Shown here: positions 56,901-64,000 of the stretch, piece after piece
Layout: the number at the start of each line of letters is the position of its first letter
Position numbering within the stretch: position 1 is the stretch's first letter
Notes under the pieces: model-generated
The model's database searches: none
The model's input: only the letters and a program-made list of their open reading frames with translations
Told to the model about the DNA's origin: nothing
Origin: a virus
Length of the DNA stretch: 64,000 nucleotides
Reading direction: 5' to 3' (one strand)
IMG/VR virus record: IMGVR_UViG_3300031473_000068
Program-made: the position numbers and the translations under genes

Positions 56901-58616
56901 ACAGCCCCTGCAAGTATAACAATCAGTGCTAACGCCTTTGACGGGGATGGCACAATTGCAAGTGTTTCTTTTTATAATGGCAGCACCCTGCTTAATACAG
57001 ACGCAGCAAGTCCATACACTTATACATGGAGCGGCGTTGCAGCAGGGAACTATAACATTACCGCTAAAGCCACCGATAACTTAGGAGCAATAACGACTTC
57101 AAATATTTCTTCCATTACTGTAAAAGCGGCCGCTTCTTACCCAACGGTGTCTTTAACCAGCCCTGCAATAAACCAAACATATACGGCACCCGCTACGATA
57201 CGAATTTCAGCAAATGCAAGCGATGCAGGTGGTACAATAACTAAAGTGGAGTTTTATAATGGTGGCGGTTTATTGCGTACGGAATTCGCTGCACCATATC
57301 TATGGGATTGGCTAAGTGTACCGGCAGGTACTTATTCTATAACTGCAAAAGCTTATGACAACTCAGGTTTGATAACTACCTCCGGCGCAGTTTCTACAGT
57401 TGTTAAAAGTGCTGTAGTAAACAAAAAACCAGTTGTAGAATTAACTGCACCCGTGAGCGGAGATTTGTATGCTGTTCCAGCTTCCATTGACATTGCAGCA
57501 ACCGCATCTGACAGCGACGGCACCATAAAATCTGTTTCTTTTTATGCCGGCTCGAGTTTGCTTAAAACTGATACAACAAGCCCTTATGGTTTTACATGGA
57601 ATAACCCTCCGGCGGGAACCTATAATGTTACGGCCAAAGCAACGGACAATAGCGGAGCTGTTACAAGCTCCAATACTTCTGCCATTACGGTATATGTACC
57701 GGATGTGCCACCCGTTGTAAGTATAACATCCCCTTCGGCAGATGCAGTATATACCGAACCTGCAGATGTTACAATATCTGCGACGGCAAGTGATGCAGAC
57801 GGGACAATAAAAAAAGTAGATTTTTACAATCTTGACAGCTTATTGTATTCAGACAGTACAGCGCCATACTCTTTTATTTGGAGTGGTATTATTGCAGGAA
57901 ATTACAGTATAACGGCTGTTGCTGCAGATAATGTCGGCAGCATAACAACCAGTACAATCGTACCATTCATTGTAAATCCGGTTGTAATTAATCAGCTTCC
58001 CACAGTAGCGATAACCTCGCCTGTAAATAATGCAACATTTACCGCGCCGGCCAATTTTACAATAAGTGCAACAGCAAGCGACCCTGATGGAGCTATAGCA
58101 AGAGTTGATTTTTATTACGGTGACGTGCATTTAGGACAGTCGCCTGATACTACAGCCCCGTACACACTAAGTGTTACAGGACTGCTTGCGGGAACATATC
58201 CTCTCAGAGCCGAAGCGACAGACAACCGGGCAGGAGTAACGGTATCATCAACTTCATTAATAACTGTTAATGCACCCGTAATTAATATTCCTCCTACTAT
58301 AGAATTTATCCAGCCTTCAAACAATCAAATTTATAAAAAGTGGGCAACTGTGGTCATGAGTGTCAACGCTAGTGCCTACAGTGGTAAAACAGTTAGCAGG
58401 GTAGAATTTTATAATGGATCAACCTTGCTGTATAAAGACTACGCTTCGCCTTATACTTTCACCTGGACAAAAGTAAACAGAGGTGCATATACAATAATAG
58501 CAAAAGTTATTGACAGCAACGGATTAAGCGCAGAGGTAAGCCGGGATATAACTGTAGAAAATATTAATTACAGCACGATACAAGTACAAACAAGTTCAAC
58601 GGCCATAATACGGTAA
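53988..58616 (+). CDS. Secreted right-handed beta-helix protein with nine tandem bacterial Ig-like (Big_7-like) domains
   Basis: Signal peptide ...ESFA|T; YYFSxxxGDD...PWKT, PGDSVLFKRG, DGGGIY; 9 x PxVxxTSP...ASDxDGTIxKVEFY...PY...W...GxYxITAKAxDN. Confidence 0.88.
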   Translation: MKKLLIILSLFIARESFATAYYFSDISGDDNRTSTQAKSPSTPWKTVAKLNTFFASLLPGDSVLFKRGETFSGAAITVKKSGLAAAPIVIGSYGTGPRPIITSLIPLSGWTVPNSAKPNVWESSTIINIKPKIVFQNGNILPIGRWPNLSDTLKGYLKWDNATAGTFYDNNLPASPSWAGARVVLRKLHWILEVDSITSHTYSSTLGSKITYTLDPGDTRVPYSKGYWIQGSLLTLDQQGEWYYNPGTKKLSLYSASSPSGVGVASLNSLFTSSSYSFIKVRDLEFRCANDYTINISSVSSGGFEINNCIINGSGTRGINVSNGGNIIIQNDTILNSLSYGLYLNITNGKVLRNYIRNSGAIPGMGENGSSSYKGIYFDGANNLVQYNHVINSGYMGIMFTSTTGTKVLNNFVDTFGFAKDDGGGIYTRGNSIISAEVSGNIVGNGIGVPEGTGTTYKQVVGLYGDDGARNIKWDGNTVFNIPFRAIYPHGTQRDTIINNTTYNTSNGIYFADDGLGDTYLYNRITGNILYSPFKQKAMGMAQLTATEMNALGRVDSNYYATPLNLGDVVHADYSPYAFSVSSWQSAVTQDDHTKVAPVTYTSQYTSDTSVLFLINPSEINKRFTLSGKHYKDIRGTKYLYDTINIKPYGSAILFRDTGIVRGSTPPPAQSPVVSITSPLNNATFTAPATVALAASASDPDGTISKVEFYRSTTLIGSVTTAPYAYNWVNPTAGTYQITAKAYDNSGLTTTSGSITITVLAAGNTAPAISLTGPVNGAQFTAPASIPLTATASDADGTITKVEFYNGGALLYTDVTSPYSYTWASVPVGSYNITAKATDNLGAISSTSATTVTVSATPVPPVVSMTSPANNDQFTAPGTIVLSASASDPDGTITKVEFYNGTTLVYSDLTAPYTYTWNSVAVGTYSLTAKAFDSQNLTTTSGTVTVSVATSPSLNAPPSVDLTAPVTGSIFTAPASITISANAFDGDGTIASVSFYNGSTLLNTDAASPYTYTWSGVAAGNYNITAKATDNLGAITTSNISSITVKAAASYPTVSLTSPAINQTYTAPATIRISANASDAGGTITKVEFYNGGGLLRTEFAAPYLWDWLSVPAGTYSITAKAYDNSGLITTSGAVSTVVKSAVVNKKPVVELTAPVSGDLYAVPASIDIAATASDSDGTIKSVSFYAGSSLLKTDTTSPYGFTWNNPPAGTYNVTAKATDNSGAVTSSNTSAITVYVPDVPPVVSITSPSADAVYTEPADVTISATASDADGTIKKVDFYNLDSLLYSDSTAPYSFIWSGIIAGNYSITAVAADNVGSITTSTIVPFIVNPVVINQLPTVAITSPVNNATFTAPANFTISATASDPDGAIARVDFYYGDVHLGQSPDTTAPYTLSVTGLLAGTYPLRAEATDNRAGVTVSSTSLITVNAPVINIPPTIEFIQPSNNQIYKKWATVVMSVNASAYSGKTVSRVEFYNGSTLLYKDYASPYTFTWTKVNRGAYTIIAKVIDSNGLSAEVSRDITVENINYSTIQVQTSSTAIIR

Positions 58617-58617
58617 A

Positions 58618-59553
58618 ATGAATATACTTGAAATACCAATATTACCAGTAGCTAATTCACTTATTCAAATTTTGATAGGTGTAGCCTTAGTTATAAATAT
58701 TGCAATAAGCTTAAGTTCAGTAAAAATCAAGAAGTTTATTCCGTTCCTAAGAAATCAATCAATTGAAATTATAGAAGAAAAGGTATGCAGTTTCGAAGAA
58801 TCAGCATATCCAAAAATAGTGACAGATGAGCGTGGTATAGTTTCAAGTGTTAACAAAGAGGCAGAGAAATTATTCGGATATAATGAAATAGAATGGCGTG
58901 GAAATAATCTTGATAGAATAATACCAGAAAGATTTAAGCAAGCTCATAACGAAGGAATAAAAAGAATGATAGGTAAGCCACTCGAGAGTAAAACCTTTAA
59001 TTTATTTGCTATTAATAACCATGGTAAAGAATTTCCTATTGAATTAATACTTAGAAAGAAATTTTATTATGGCCGGGCTTTTTATATTGCTGCGATGCGT
59101 GATATGATTAAGGAAGTTGAATTTAAAATACAATGTGAAAAAGAAATTGACTTAATAAAATTTAAACTTTCTATCGTTGACAAAGGAGAGGAAATTGGTA
59201 ACCACAGCAGTTGGGTATTAAATATAAAAACAGGAAAAGTAAAGGCAAGTGATGGATATAAAAAAATTACACATGCAGATTTTGAATTGGAGTTTGATCT
59301 TGGTGACATTATAAATAAAATTTGGGAAGAAGATGTAGAAATTATAAATAACGCTGTCTATGGAGCAACGGTTGAAGGTAAAAACTATGATATAAAGTAT
59401 AGAATGTACCGTGGTGATGACGTAAAGGTTTTATACTTGCACGGCAGGGGAATAGTAACAAAAGATGAGAATGGAATACCAATATTTTTGCAGGGTTCAA
59501 CATCTCTACTAAAAGTAATGACTATCAGGGAAGCGGAAAATAATCCAATATAA
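58618..59553 (+). CDS. Membrane-anchored PAS-PAS protein without output domain
   Basis: N-terminal TM; NKEAEKLFGY...IIPERFKQAH...GKEFPIEL (FixL-like PAS); second PAS/PAC YDIKYRM...GRG. Confidence 0.8.
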   Translation: MNILEIPILPVANSLIQILIGVALVINIAISLSSVKIKKFIPFLRNQSIEIIEEKVCSFEESAYPKIVTDERGIVSSVNKEAEKLFGYNEIEWRGNNLDRIIPERFKQAHNEGIKRMIGKPLESKTFNLFAINNHGKEFPIELILRKKFYYGRAFYIAAMRDMIKEVEFKIQCEKEIDLIKFKLSIVDKGEEIGNHSSWVLNIKTGKVKASDGYKKITHADFELEFDLGDIINKIWEEDVEIINNAVYGATVEGKNYDIKYRMYRGDDVKVLYLHGRGIVTKDENGIPIFLQGSTSLLKVMTIREAENNPI

Positions 59554-59554
59554 A

Positions 59555-59932
59555 ATGAGTGATAATCAATACCATGACGGTTCTTTTATGGCTTGGGCAT
59601 CAGCGGGATTTACTGCCATATTGGGAGCTATAGGATATTTGTATAAGGATTATACTGGCAAACAACAAAGAGATGTCACGTTAAAAGAGTCTACGGCTAA
59701 ATTAAGAGCAATTGAAAATGCAACTGCTGAGGCAACAATAACCAGACTAAATAAAGAAATAGAAAGGATCACTTCAGCGTATGAAAAATTGATTATAGTT
59801 AGTGATAAGCAGGTAACAGCAATTGAAGAAGTAACAAAAGATAAGGAATCTACTTTAAAAGAATTGAATGACATAAAAATTCAGATACAAAAATTAAATA
59901 ACGAACTGGCTTTCTATAAAATAAAAAAATAA
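59555..59932 (+). CDS. TM plus coiled-coil protein (holin or inner-spanin candidate)
   Basis: Single N-terminal TM then long heptad repeat; lysis region. Confidence 0.55.
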   Translation: MSDNQYHDGSFMAWASAGFTAILGAIGYLYKDYTGKQQRDVTLKESTAKLRAIENATAEATITRLNKEIERITSAYEKLIIVSDKQVTAIEEVTKDKESTLKELNDIKIQIQKLNNELAFYKIKK

Positions 59933-59937
59933 AAATT

Positions 59938-60351
59938 ATGGTACAAACATTCTGGTCAAAGTATAAGGTACTTATTTCAGGAGCAGTAACGGCCACTTTT
60001 ACTGCCTTAGCTCCAATGCTTTTAACCCCTTCGCACGAATGGAATAGTAAAGCTCTTATTGTTGCCGGATGCCTTGCCATGGGAGCTTTTTTATCGCAGG
60101 AAGCAAGGGGTAAAAACTGGACGATACTTGGTCAGGTCGCAGCCGGCGTTATCGCTTTCTCATCCGCTTATGAAGGTGATTTTGATGTGCCTCGTATGGT
60201 GATGGCCATTGCAATCGCTGCTTTTGCAATTCCATTACCTCCGGTAAAACTGTCCTCGTATGAACATTCCGAACCTATAGTGGAAGCAAAGCGGGAGGCA
60301 GAAGCTATGAACGAAGAAGGGAAAAAAATTAATTCTTTAAGAGAGTCATGA
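59938..60351 (+). CDS. Multi-TM holin-like protein
   Basis: About 4 hydrophobic segments and charged C-terminus, upstream of lysozyme. Confidence 0.55.
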   Translation: MVQTFWSKYKVLISGAVTATFTALAPMLLTPSHEWNSKALIVAGCLAMGAFLSQEARGKNWTILGQVAAGVIAFSSAYEGDFDVPRMVMAIAIAAFAIPLPPVKLSSYEHSEPIVEAKREAEAMNEEGKKINSLRES

Positions 60352-60428
60352 CAACTTTAGACAAAATTAAAATCACATTATTGCTTATAGTCCTTGCGGT
60401 TATAGGATATCTTTTTATTAACACTTAA
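60348..60428 (+). CDS. Tiny single-TM peptide (26 aa, not in ORF track)
   Basis: MTTLDKIKITLLLIVLAVIGYLFINT; ATGA-coupled. Confidence 0.45.
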   Translation: MTTLDKIKITLLLIVLAVIGYLFINT

Positions 60429-60440
60429 AAATCAAATATT

Positions 60441-60932
60441 ATGTTCTTAGACAAATTCTTATCAAAAATCGGTGACGTGTTTTCCAGTCTTTTTAATTCA
60501 GCAAAAAAAACATGGGTCAAACTTAGCCCTGAAGTTCAAAATGCGATGCTGCATGGCTCTGCGGTTTTTGCAGCGATAAATAAATTCAGAGATGCAGCAC
60601 CTGATTTTATTATTGATTTCCTTACAAAAAAATATCCTGATTTACCAGTAGAAAAACTGTTTGACGGTCTTACAAAAGTTTCATTAGCATTAAACATTGC
60701 TGAAGGTATTAATAGTCCAGACTTAGAAACAACAATAAAAAATCTTCAGGCTTATTTTGCCAGCAAAAAAGATGATGGTAAAATATGGGCAACGCTTTCA
60801 CATGCAGCAGCAAGTATTTTAGCTGTTATACTTGCGCCAGCAGGAACTAAAGTAGCTGTTGTGATTTCCTTAATCGAATATGTTTTCCAGGATAAAGTTA
60901 AAGGAGACATGGAAGAAAAGGAAGCTGCTTAG
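60441..60932 (+). CDS. Hypothetical protein with C-terminal hydrophobic helices
   Basis: 163-aa ORF in lysis region. Confidence 0.65.
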   Translation: MFLDKFLSKIGDVFSSLFNSAKKTWVKLSPEVQNAMLHGSAVFAAINKFRDAAPDFIIDFLTKKYPDLPVEKLFDGLTKVSLALNIAEGINSPDLETTIKNLQAYFASKKDDGKIWATLSHAAASILAVILAPAGTKVAVVISLIEYVFQDKVKGDMEEKEAA

Positions 60933-60963
60933 ATTTTACAACAGATCAGTTGTGGTAAGTAAT

Positions 60964-60996
60964 AAAAAAAAAGCCATCCTTCGGAAAGAATGGCTT
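60964..60996 (-). terminator. Rho-independent terminator for the antisense tRNA-like gene
   Basis: Minus strand AAGCCATTCTT-TCCG-AAGGATGGCTT followed by poly-T. Confidence 0.8.
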
Positions 60997-61024
60997 CAAT
61001 TTAAGCGCCGGGCTTGCTTCCCAG

Positions 61025-61095
61025 TTGCGGGAACGGGAATTGAACCCGTGACTAAGGCTTATGAGACCTTCGAGATACCGCTTCTCCATCCCGAA
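61025..61095 (-). tRNA. tRNA-Met(CAT)-like gene with acceptor-stem mismatch
   Basis: TTCGGGA TG GAGA AGCGGTA TCTC G AAGGT CTCATAA GCCTT AGTC ACGGG TTCAATT CCCGT TCCCGCA A; U2/C71 mismatch; no encoded CCA. Confidence 0.8.
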
Positions 61096-61098
61096 CAA

Positions 61099-61106
61099 CA
61101 AAGGTA
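61099..61106 (-). promoter_or_regulatory. Bacteroidota -7 element TACCTTTG for the tRNA-like gene
   Basis: Exact TAnnTTTG 3 nt upstream of tRNA 5' end; TTTG 23 nt further upstream. Confidence 0.65.
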
Positions 61107-61119
61107 AAATATTTTTTCT

Positions 61120-61599
61120 ATGGCAACATCAAAAATAATAGTACCCTGCGCCGAAATAAAAGCAATGTCAGAAAAAGGCATTTCTTTTCTTATTAATGAA
61201 GAAGGATTAAGATTAAAGCCTTATTTGGATAGTGTCCATATACCCACAATCGGCATTGGGAATACATTTTACGAGAATGGCATAAGGGTAACAATGAAAG
61301 ATAAGGCCATCACAAAAGAGAGGGCAAAATCATTATTTAGAACTGTATTACATGCTTATGAAAAAGCTGTATGGAGCAATACTGTAGATACTATTAATCA
61401 GAACCAGTTTGATGCTCTTACCTCATTATGTTATAATATAGGCATACAAAGTTTCAAAGGCTCTACTGTATTAAGAAGGGTAAACGTAAATCAGAACGAC
61501 GTGCTTATAATAAAAGCTTTTGAGATGTGGAAGTTTGCGGGAGATAAGCCCGTATTACTTGCGAGACGAAAAAGAGAGGCTGAATTATATTTCAGTTAA
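61120..61599 (+). CDS. Endolysin, GH24 phage lysozyme
   Basis: E-x8-D-x5-T triad (EEGLRLKPYLDSVHIPTIGIG), NQFDALxSxxYNIG, RRxxEAxLY. Confidence 0.93.
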   Translation: MATSKIIVPCAEIKAMSEKGISFLINEEGLRLKPYLDSVHIPTIGIGNTFYENGIRVTMKDKAITKERAKSLFRTVLHAYEKAVWSNTVDTINQNQFDALTSLCYNIGIQSFKGSTVLRRVNVNQNDVLIIKAFEMWKFAGDKPVLLARRKREAELYFS

Positions 61600-61605
61600 C
61601 CACAA

Positions 61606-62175
61606 ATGAATAAACTTCTGCTTTTAATTTTAATTTTAATTTTTACTTCCTGCACCAAAGCAGCAATAGAACCTTTGACTGAACCTGACACTAAAATTTC
61701 AGAATACAGAAGTCTAAGTACATTATATCCAATATATCAGCAAAGCACTCGTATAAGTCTATGGCTGCTTTTTGACAGTTCTAATTACATCGAGGCGAGA
61801 GCAGATTACGCTGAGCTTCATTTAAGCGATACACTTAGCAATTCAATTACAAGTGCTGATGAAATTAAAACATGGAGTGGATATGATCATCTGGCAATAT
61901 ATCACAATGATGCTTTTAAGTATCTGTCTAAAGAGTATCGGCAATACCTTCCAGATACGATACAGCTTAATACTTACCGGTTATTAAGGGAGCATTATTG
62001 GATTAGAGCCATTGCTAACAATGTACCTTCTGTTTTTAAAATTTACTTACTCGATACTTACACGGGAGAGAAAATACTGCTACCTGGAAATAATATAAGT
62101 ACATGGTATCTATTTAAAACACGGGCTATTAATTATAGATTCCGGTTAATAATAGAAAGAAATGTCATTTCTTGA
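61606..62175 (+). CDS. Lipoprotein (possible outer-spanin position; paralogue of 48008-48556)
   Basis: LILIFTS-C lipobox; shared DTIxL...KxYxxD...YRFxLI domain. Confidence 0.65.
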   Translation: MNKLLLLILILIFTSCTKAAIEPLTEPDTKISEYRSLSTLYPIYQQSTRISLWLLFDSSNYIEARADYAELHLSDTLSNSITSADEIKTWSGYDHLAIYHNDAFKYLSKEYRQYLPDTIQLNTYRLLREHYWIRAIANNVPSVFKIYLLDTYTGEKILLPGNNISTWYLFKTRAINYRFRLIIERNVIS

Positions 62176-62368
62176 ATGTTATAGGGGTATGCCTGATGAA
62201 GAACCGAAAGCCCGGGCAGAAAGATTATTGCAGAAGTTTGGAAGCAAAGAGTTAGTTGAATTTCATATAAATGAATTACGAAATCAAAGTTTTTTTATCC
62301 AGTTTAGCAAAAATTATTTTATATACTTAGACAAGGTGGAAAGTGAATTAAACCTATTAATAGACTAG
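62162..62368 (+). CDS. Hypothetical protein
   Basis: 68-aa ORF. Confidence 0.5.
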   Translation: MSFLECYRGMPDEEPKARAERLLQKFGSKELVEFHINELRNQSFFIQFSKNYFIYLDKVESELNLLID

Positions 62369-62384
62369 ACTAAACAAAATAAAA

Positions 62385-63272
62385 ATGAAAAAATTACTCC
62401 CTTTCCTACTGATTTTAATTTCATGCAGCAAGCAATTGCCATCAATATCATGGAGAAAAGCCATACTAACTTCGGCACTCGTACAAGCACCTACAAGACC
62501 TGACCATATTATTTATGTCTGGTTTGAAAATAAAGCTTATAGCAACATTGTAGGAAGTAGTAATGCACCCTATATTAATTCACTTATAGCTAAAGGCACT
62601 CTTTTCACTAATGCGCATGGTGTTACACACCCTTCGTACCCGAACTACATTGCTTGGTTCTCCGGCAGCACTCAGGGAATTACTAATGACAACTGCATAG
62701 ACGGCACACCAAAAATCGGAACAACTATTTATAATCAATTAGCAGCCAAAGGAGTTGATTTCCGTTGGTATTCAGAAGGACTTCCTTCTATTGGCAGTAC
62801 AATATGTTCATCCGGTTACTATCGAGAAAAGCACAATCCAACTACTATATTTTCACAAGTTCCAACTTCCAAAAACAGGCCGTTTTATCTTTTAGATGAT
62901 GCACTAAAAGACACTGTGAAAATGCTTGCTATGCCTCCTGTTATATGTGTGACACCTAACATGATTGATGACATGCATGATGGCACAATTCAGCAAGGTG
63001 ACGCATGGTTAAAGTTGCACTTCAAACCGTACATTGATTGGGCTATGACTCACAACAGTATGTTAGTAGTTCTTTTTGACGAAGATAATAAGTTGGAAGG
63101 TAATAAAATACCAGTTGTAATGATTGGACAACATGTGAAGCAGAACTTTCAACTTGTTGGAACTTATAATCTTTACTCATTTACTAAGTTGACCTGTTCA
63201 CTTTTTGGTGCAAGCACTACATGGGCAACGAATGTTAATAATGCAACAATACCAACGGGATGGGAAAACTAA
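62385..63272 (+). CDS. Phosphoesterase/acid phosphatase (SapM-like, alkaline phosphatase superfamily) lipoprotein
   Basis: LLILIS-C lipobox; DHIxxVWFENK, HPSxPNY, KHNP, DMHDG, FDE motifs. Confidence 0.88.
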   Translation: MKKLLPFLLILISCSKQLPSISWRKAILTSALVQAPTRPDHIIYVWFENKAYSNIVGSSNAPYINSLIAKGTLFTNAHGVTHPSYPNYIAWFSGSTQGITNDNCIDGTPKIGTTIYNQLAAKGVDFRWYSEGLPSIGSTICSSGYYREKHNPTTIFSQVPTSKNRPFYLLDDALKDTVKMLAMPPVICVTPNMIDDMHDGTIQQGDAWLKLHFKPYIDWAMTHNSMLVVLFDEDNKLEGNKIPVVMIGQHVKQNFQLVGTYNLYSFTKLTCSLFGASTTWATNVNNATIPTGWEN

Positions 63273-63285
63273 TGCAGTTACTATT

Positions 63286-63516
63286 ATGAAAAAGTATTCA
63301 GAAATTTTTTTTGTTTCAAAAGCAAGTGAGTTTTTAGAAAAAATGCCTATAGGGATCTATCCCTTAAACACAGTAGGAATGACTGGTTATAAGTGTGGAT
63401 GCGGTTCATATCAAGACGGTGATGCACCTTGTAAAAATCATCCAACATGGGCAATAAATTACGGCAATAATGTTGGTGTTGTCTATGCTTGCGATAAACA
63501 TGCGGGAGAATTTTAA
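63286..63516 (+). CDS. Small Cys/His-rich hypothetical protein
   Basis: CGCG...CKNH...CDKH. Confidence 0.55.
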   Translation: MKKYSEIFFVSKASEFLEKMPIGIYPLNTVGMTGYKCGCGSYQDGDAPCKNHPTWAINYGNNVGVVYACDKHAGEF

Positions 63517-63619
63517 AAACACAGTCAATTGAAAGGGAAAACTAATTTACTCATGAAAAAACTTCTGATAACGTTTGCAGAGGGTGAAGAATACGAGCAG
63601 AAATAATAAAAATTAAATA

Positions 63620-64000
63620 ATGATTTATCAAAACACGTGGAATCTTACTGGCACCGAGCAGCAGCAACAGATTGTCAAAGAAGCATTAGACAAAATTATG
63701 TTCCCCTGGGAAAAACTTAAGTTGCCCAATGCGCCGGTGGAAATAGGATGGGATAACCTAAACGTCACCTACGAAAAAAGACAGCATACAGAGAGTCAAG
63801 CACCGGAACCGCTTTTAGGAATGATAAACGGCAGAAAGTATACTTTAGGTGTATTTTATCCGGGTATTGGCAGCATTTTTATTGACAATGATTTAGTGAA
63901 GTATCCGGCAGAGGCGCAAACTACTGTGAGTGCAGAAATTGCTCATTCGGCTGATGAATTTTACATGAACAATTCAATGCGGAAATCCATAATGCTATTG
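63620..64000 (+). CDS. Hypothetical protein, 3' truncated (not in ORF track)
   Basis: Open frame MIYQNTWNLTGTEQQQQIVKEALDKIMFPWE...SAEIAHSADE runs to window end. Confidence 0.6.
   Translation, partial: MIYQNTWNLTGTEQQQQIVKEALDKIMFPWEKLKLPNAPVEIGWDNLNVTYEKRQHTESQAPEPLLGMINGRKYTLGVFYPGIGSIFIDNDLVKYPAEAQTTVSAEIAHSADEFYMNNSMRKSIMLL

Larger units (their letters stand above)
4065..64000. mobile_element. Temperate siphovirus-like prophage (HK97-type head), right end outside window
   Basis: Integrase next to tRNA, cI/cro pair, RecT/exonuclease, replication initiator, terminase, portal, protease, capsid, tail tube, tape measure and lysozyme in canonical order; tRNA 3' duplicate not found in window. 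Confidence 0.95.

Noticed and set aside
63500-64000. attR or prophage right end
   Set aside because: No copy of the tRNA-Arg 3' end was found in the window; the prophage likely continues.
63620-64000. Zinc metallopeptidase (ImmA-like) call from AEIAH
   Set aside because: The motif lacks the first His of HExxH and the ORF is truncated, so support is insufficient.

Overview
Bacteroidota (probably Chitinophagaceae-like) chromosome. Positions 1-4064 are host genes: the C-terminal part of an LptD-like outer-membrane protein, a frameshifted GxxExxY gene between two palindromic repeats, an acyltransferase, ung and tRNA-Arg(TCT). From about 4065 to beyond the window end lies a siphovirus-type prophage integrated at the tRNA-Arg; no attR was found in the window. 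It has integrase, immunity, recombination/replication, packaging, HK97-type head, tail, a large block of signal-peptide-bearing fibre/adhesin-like genes, and lysis genes. Main unexpected structures: (1) an integron-like array of four gene cassettes separated by attC-like hairpins inside the phage early region (21282-23531), where three ORFs start inside the upstream attC and cross the GTT point in three different frames; (2) the pre-tape-measure gene is inverted and bounded by 11-bp inverted repeats; (3) an antisense Met(CAT) tRNA-like gene with its own promoter and terminator inside the lysis cassette; (4) a membrane PAS-PAS protein with no output domain next to the holin-like genes; (5) a DUF305-like ferritin hairpin inserted into the prohead protease; (6) several single-gene inserts flanked by short direct repeats. 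All family assignments come from motif recognition by eye, with no database searches.
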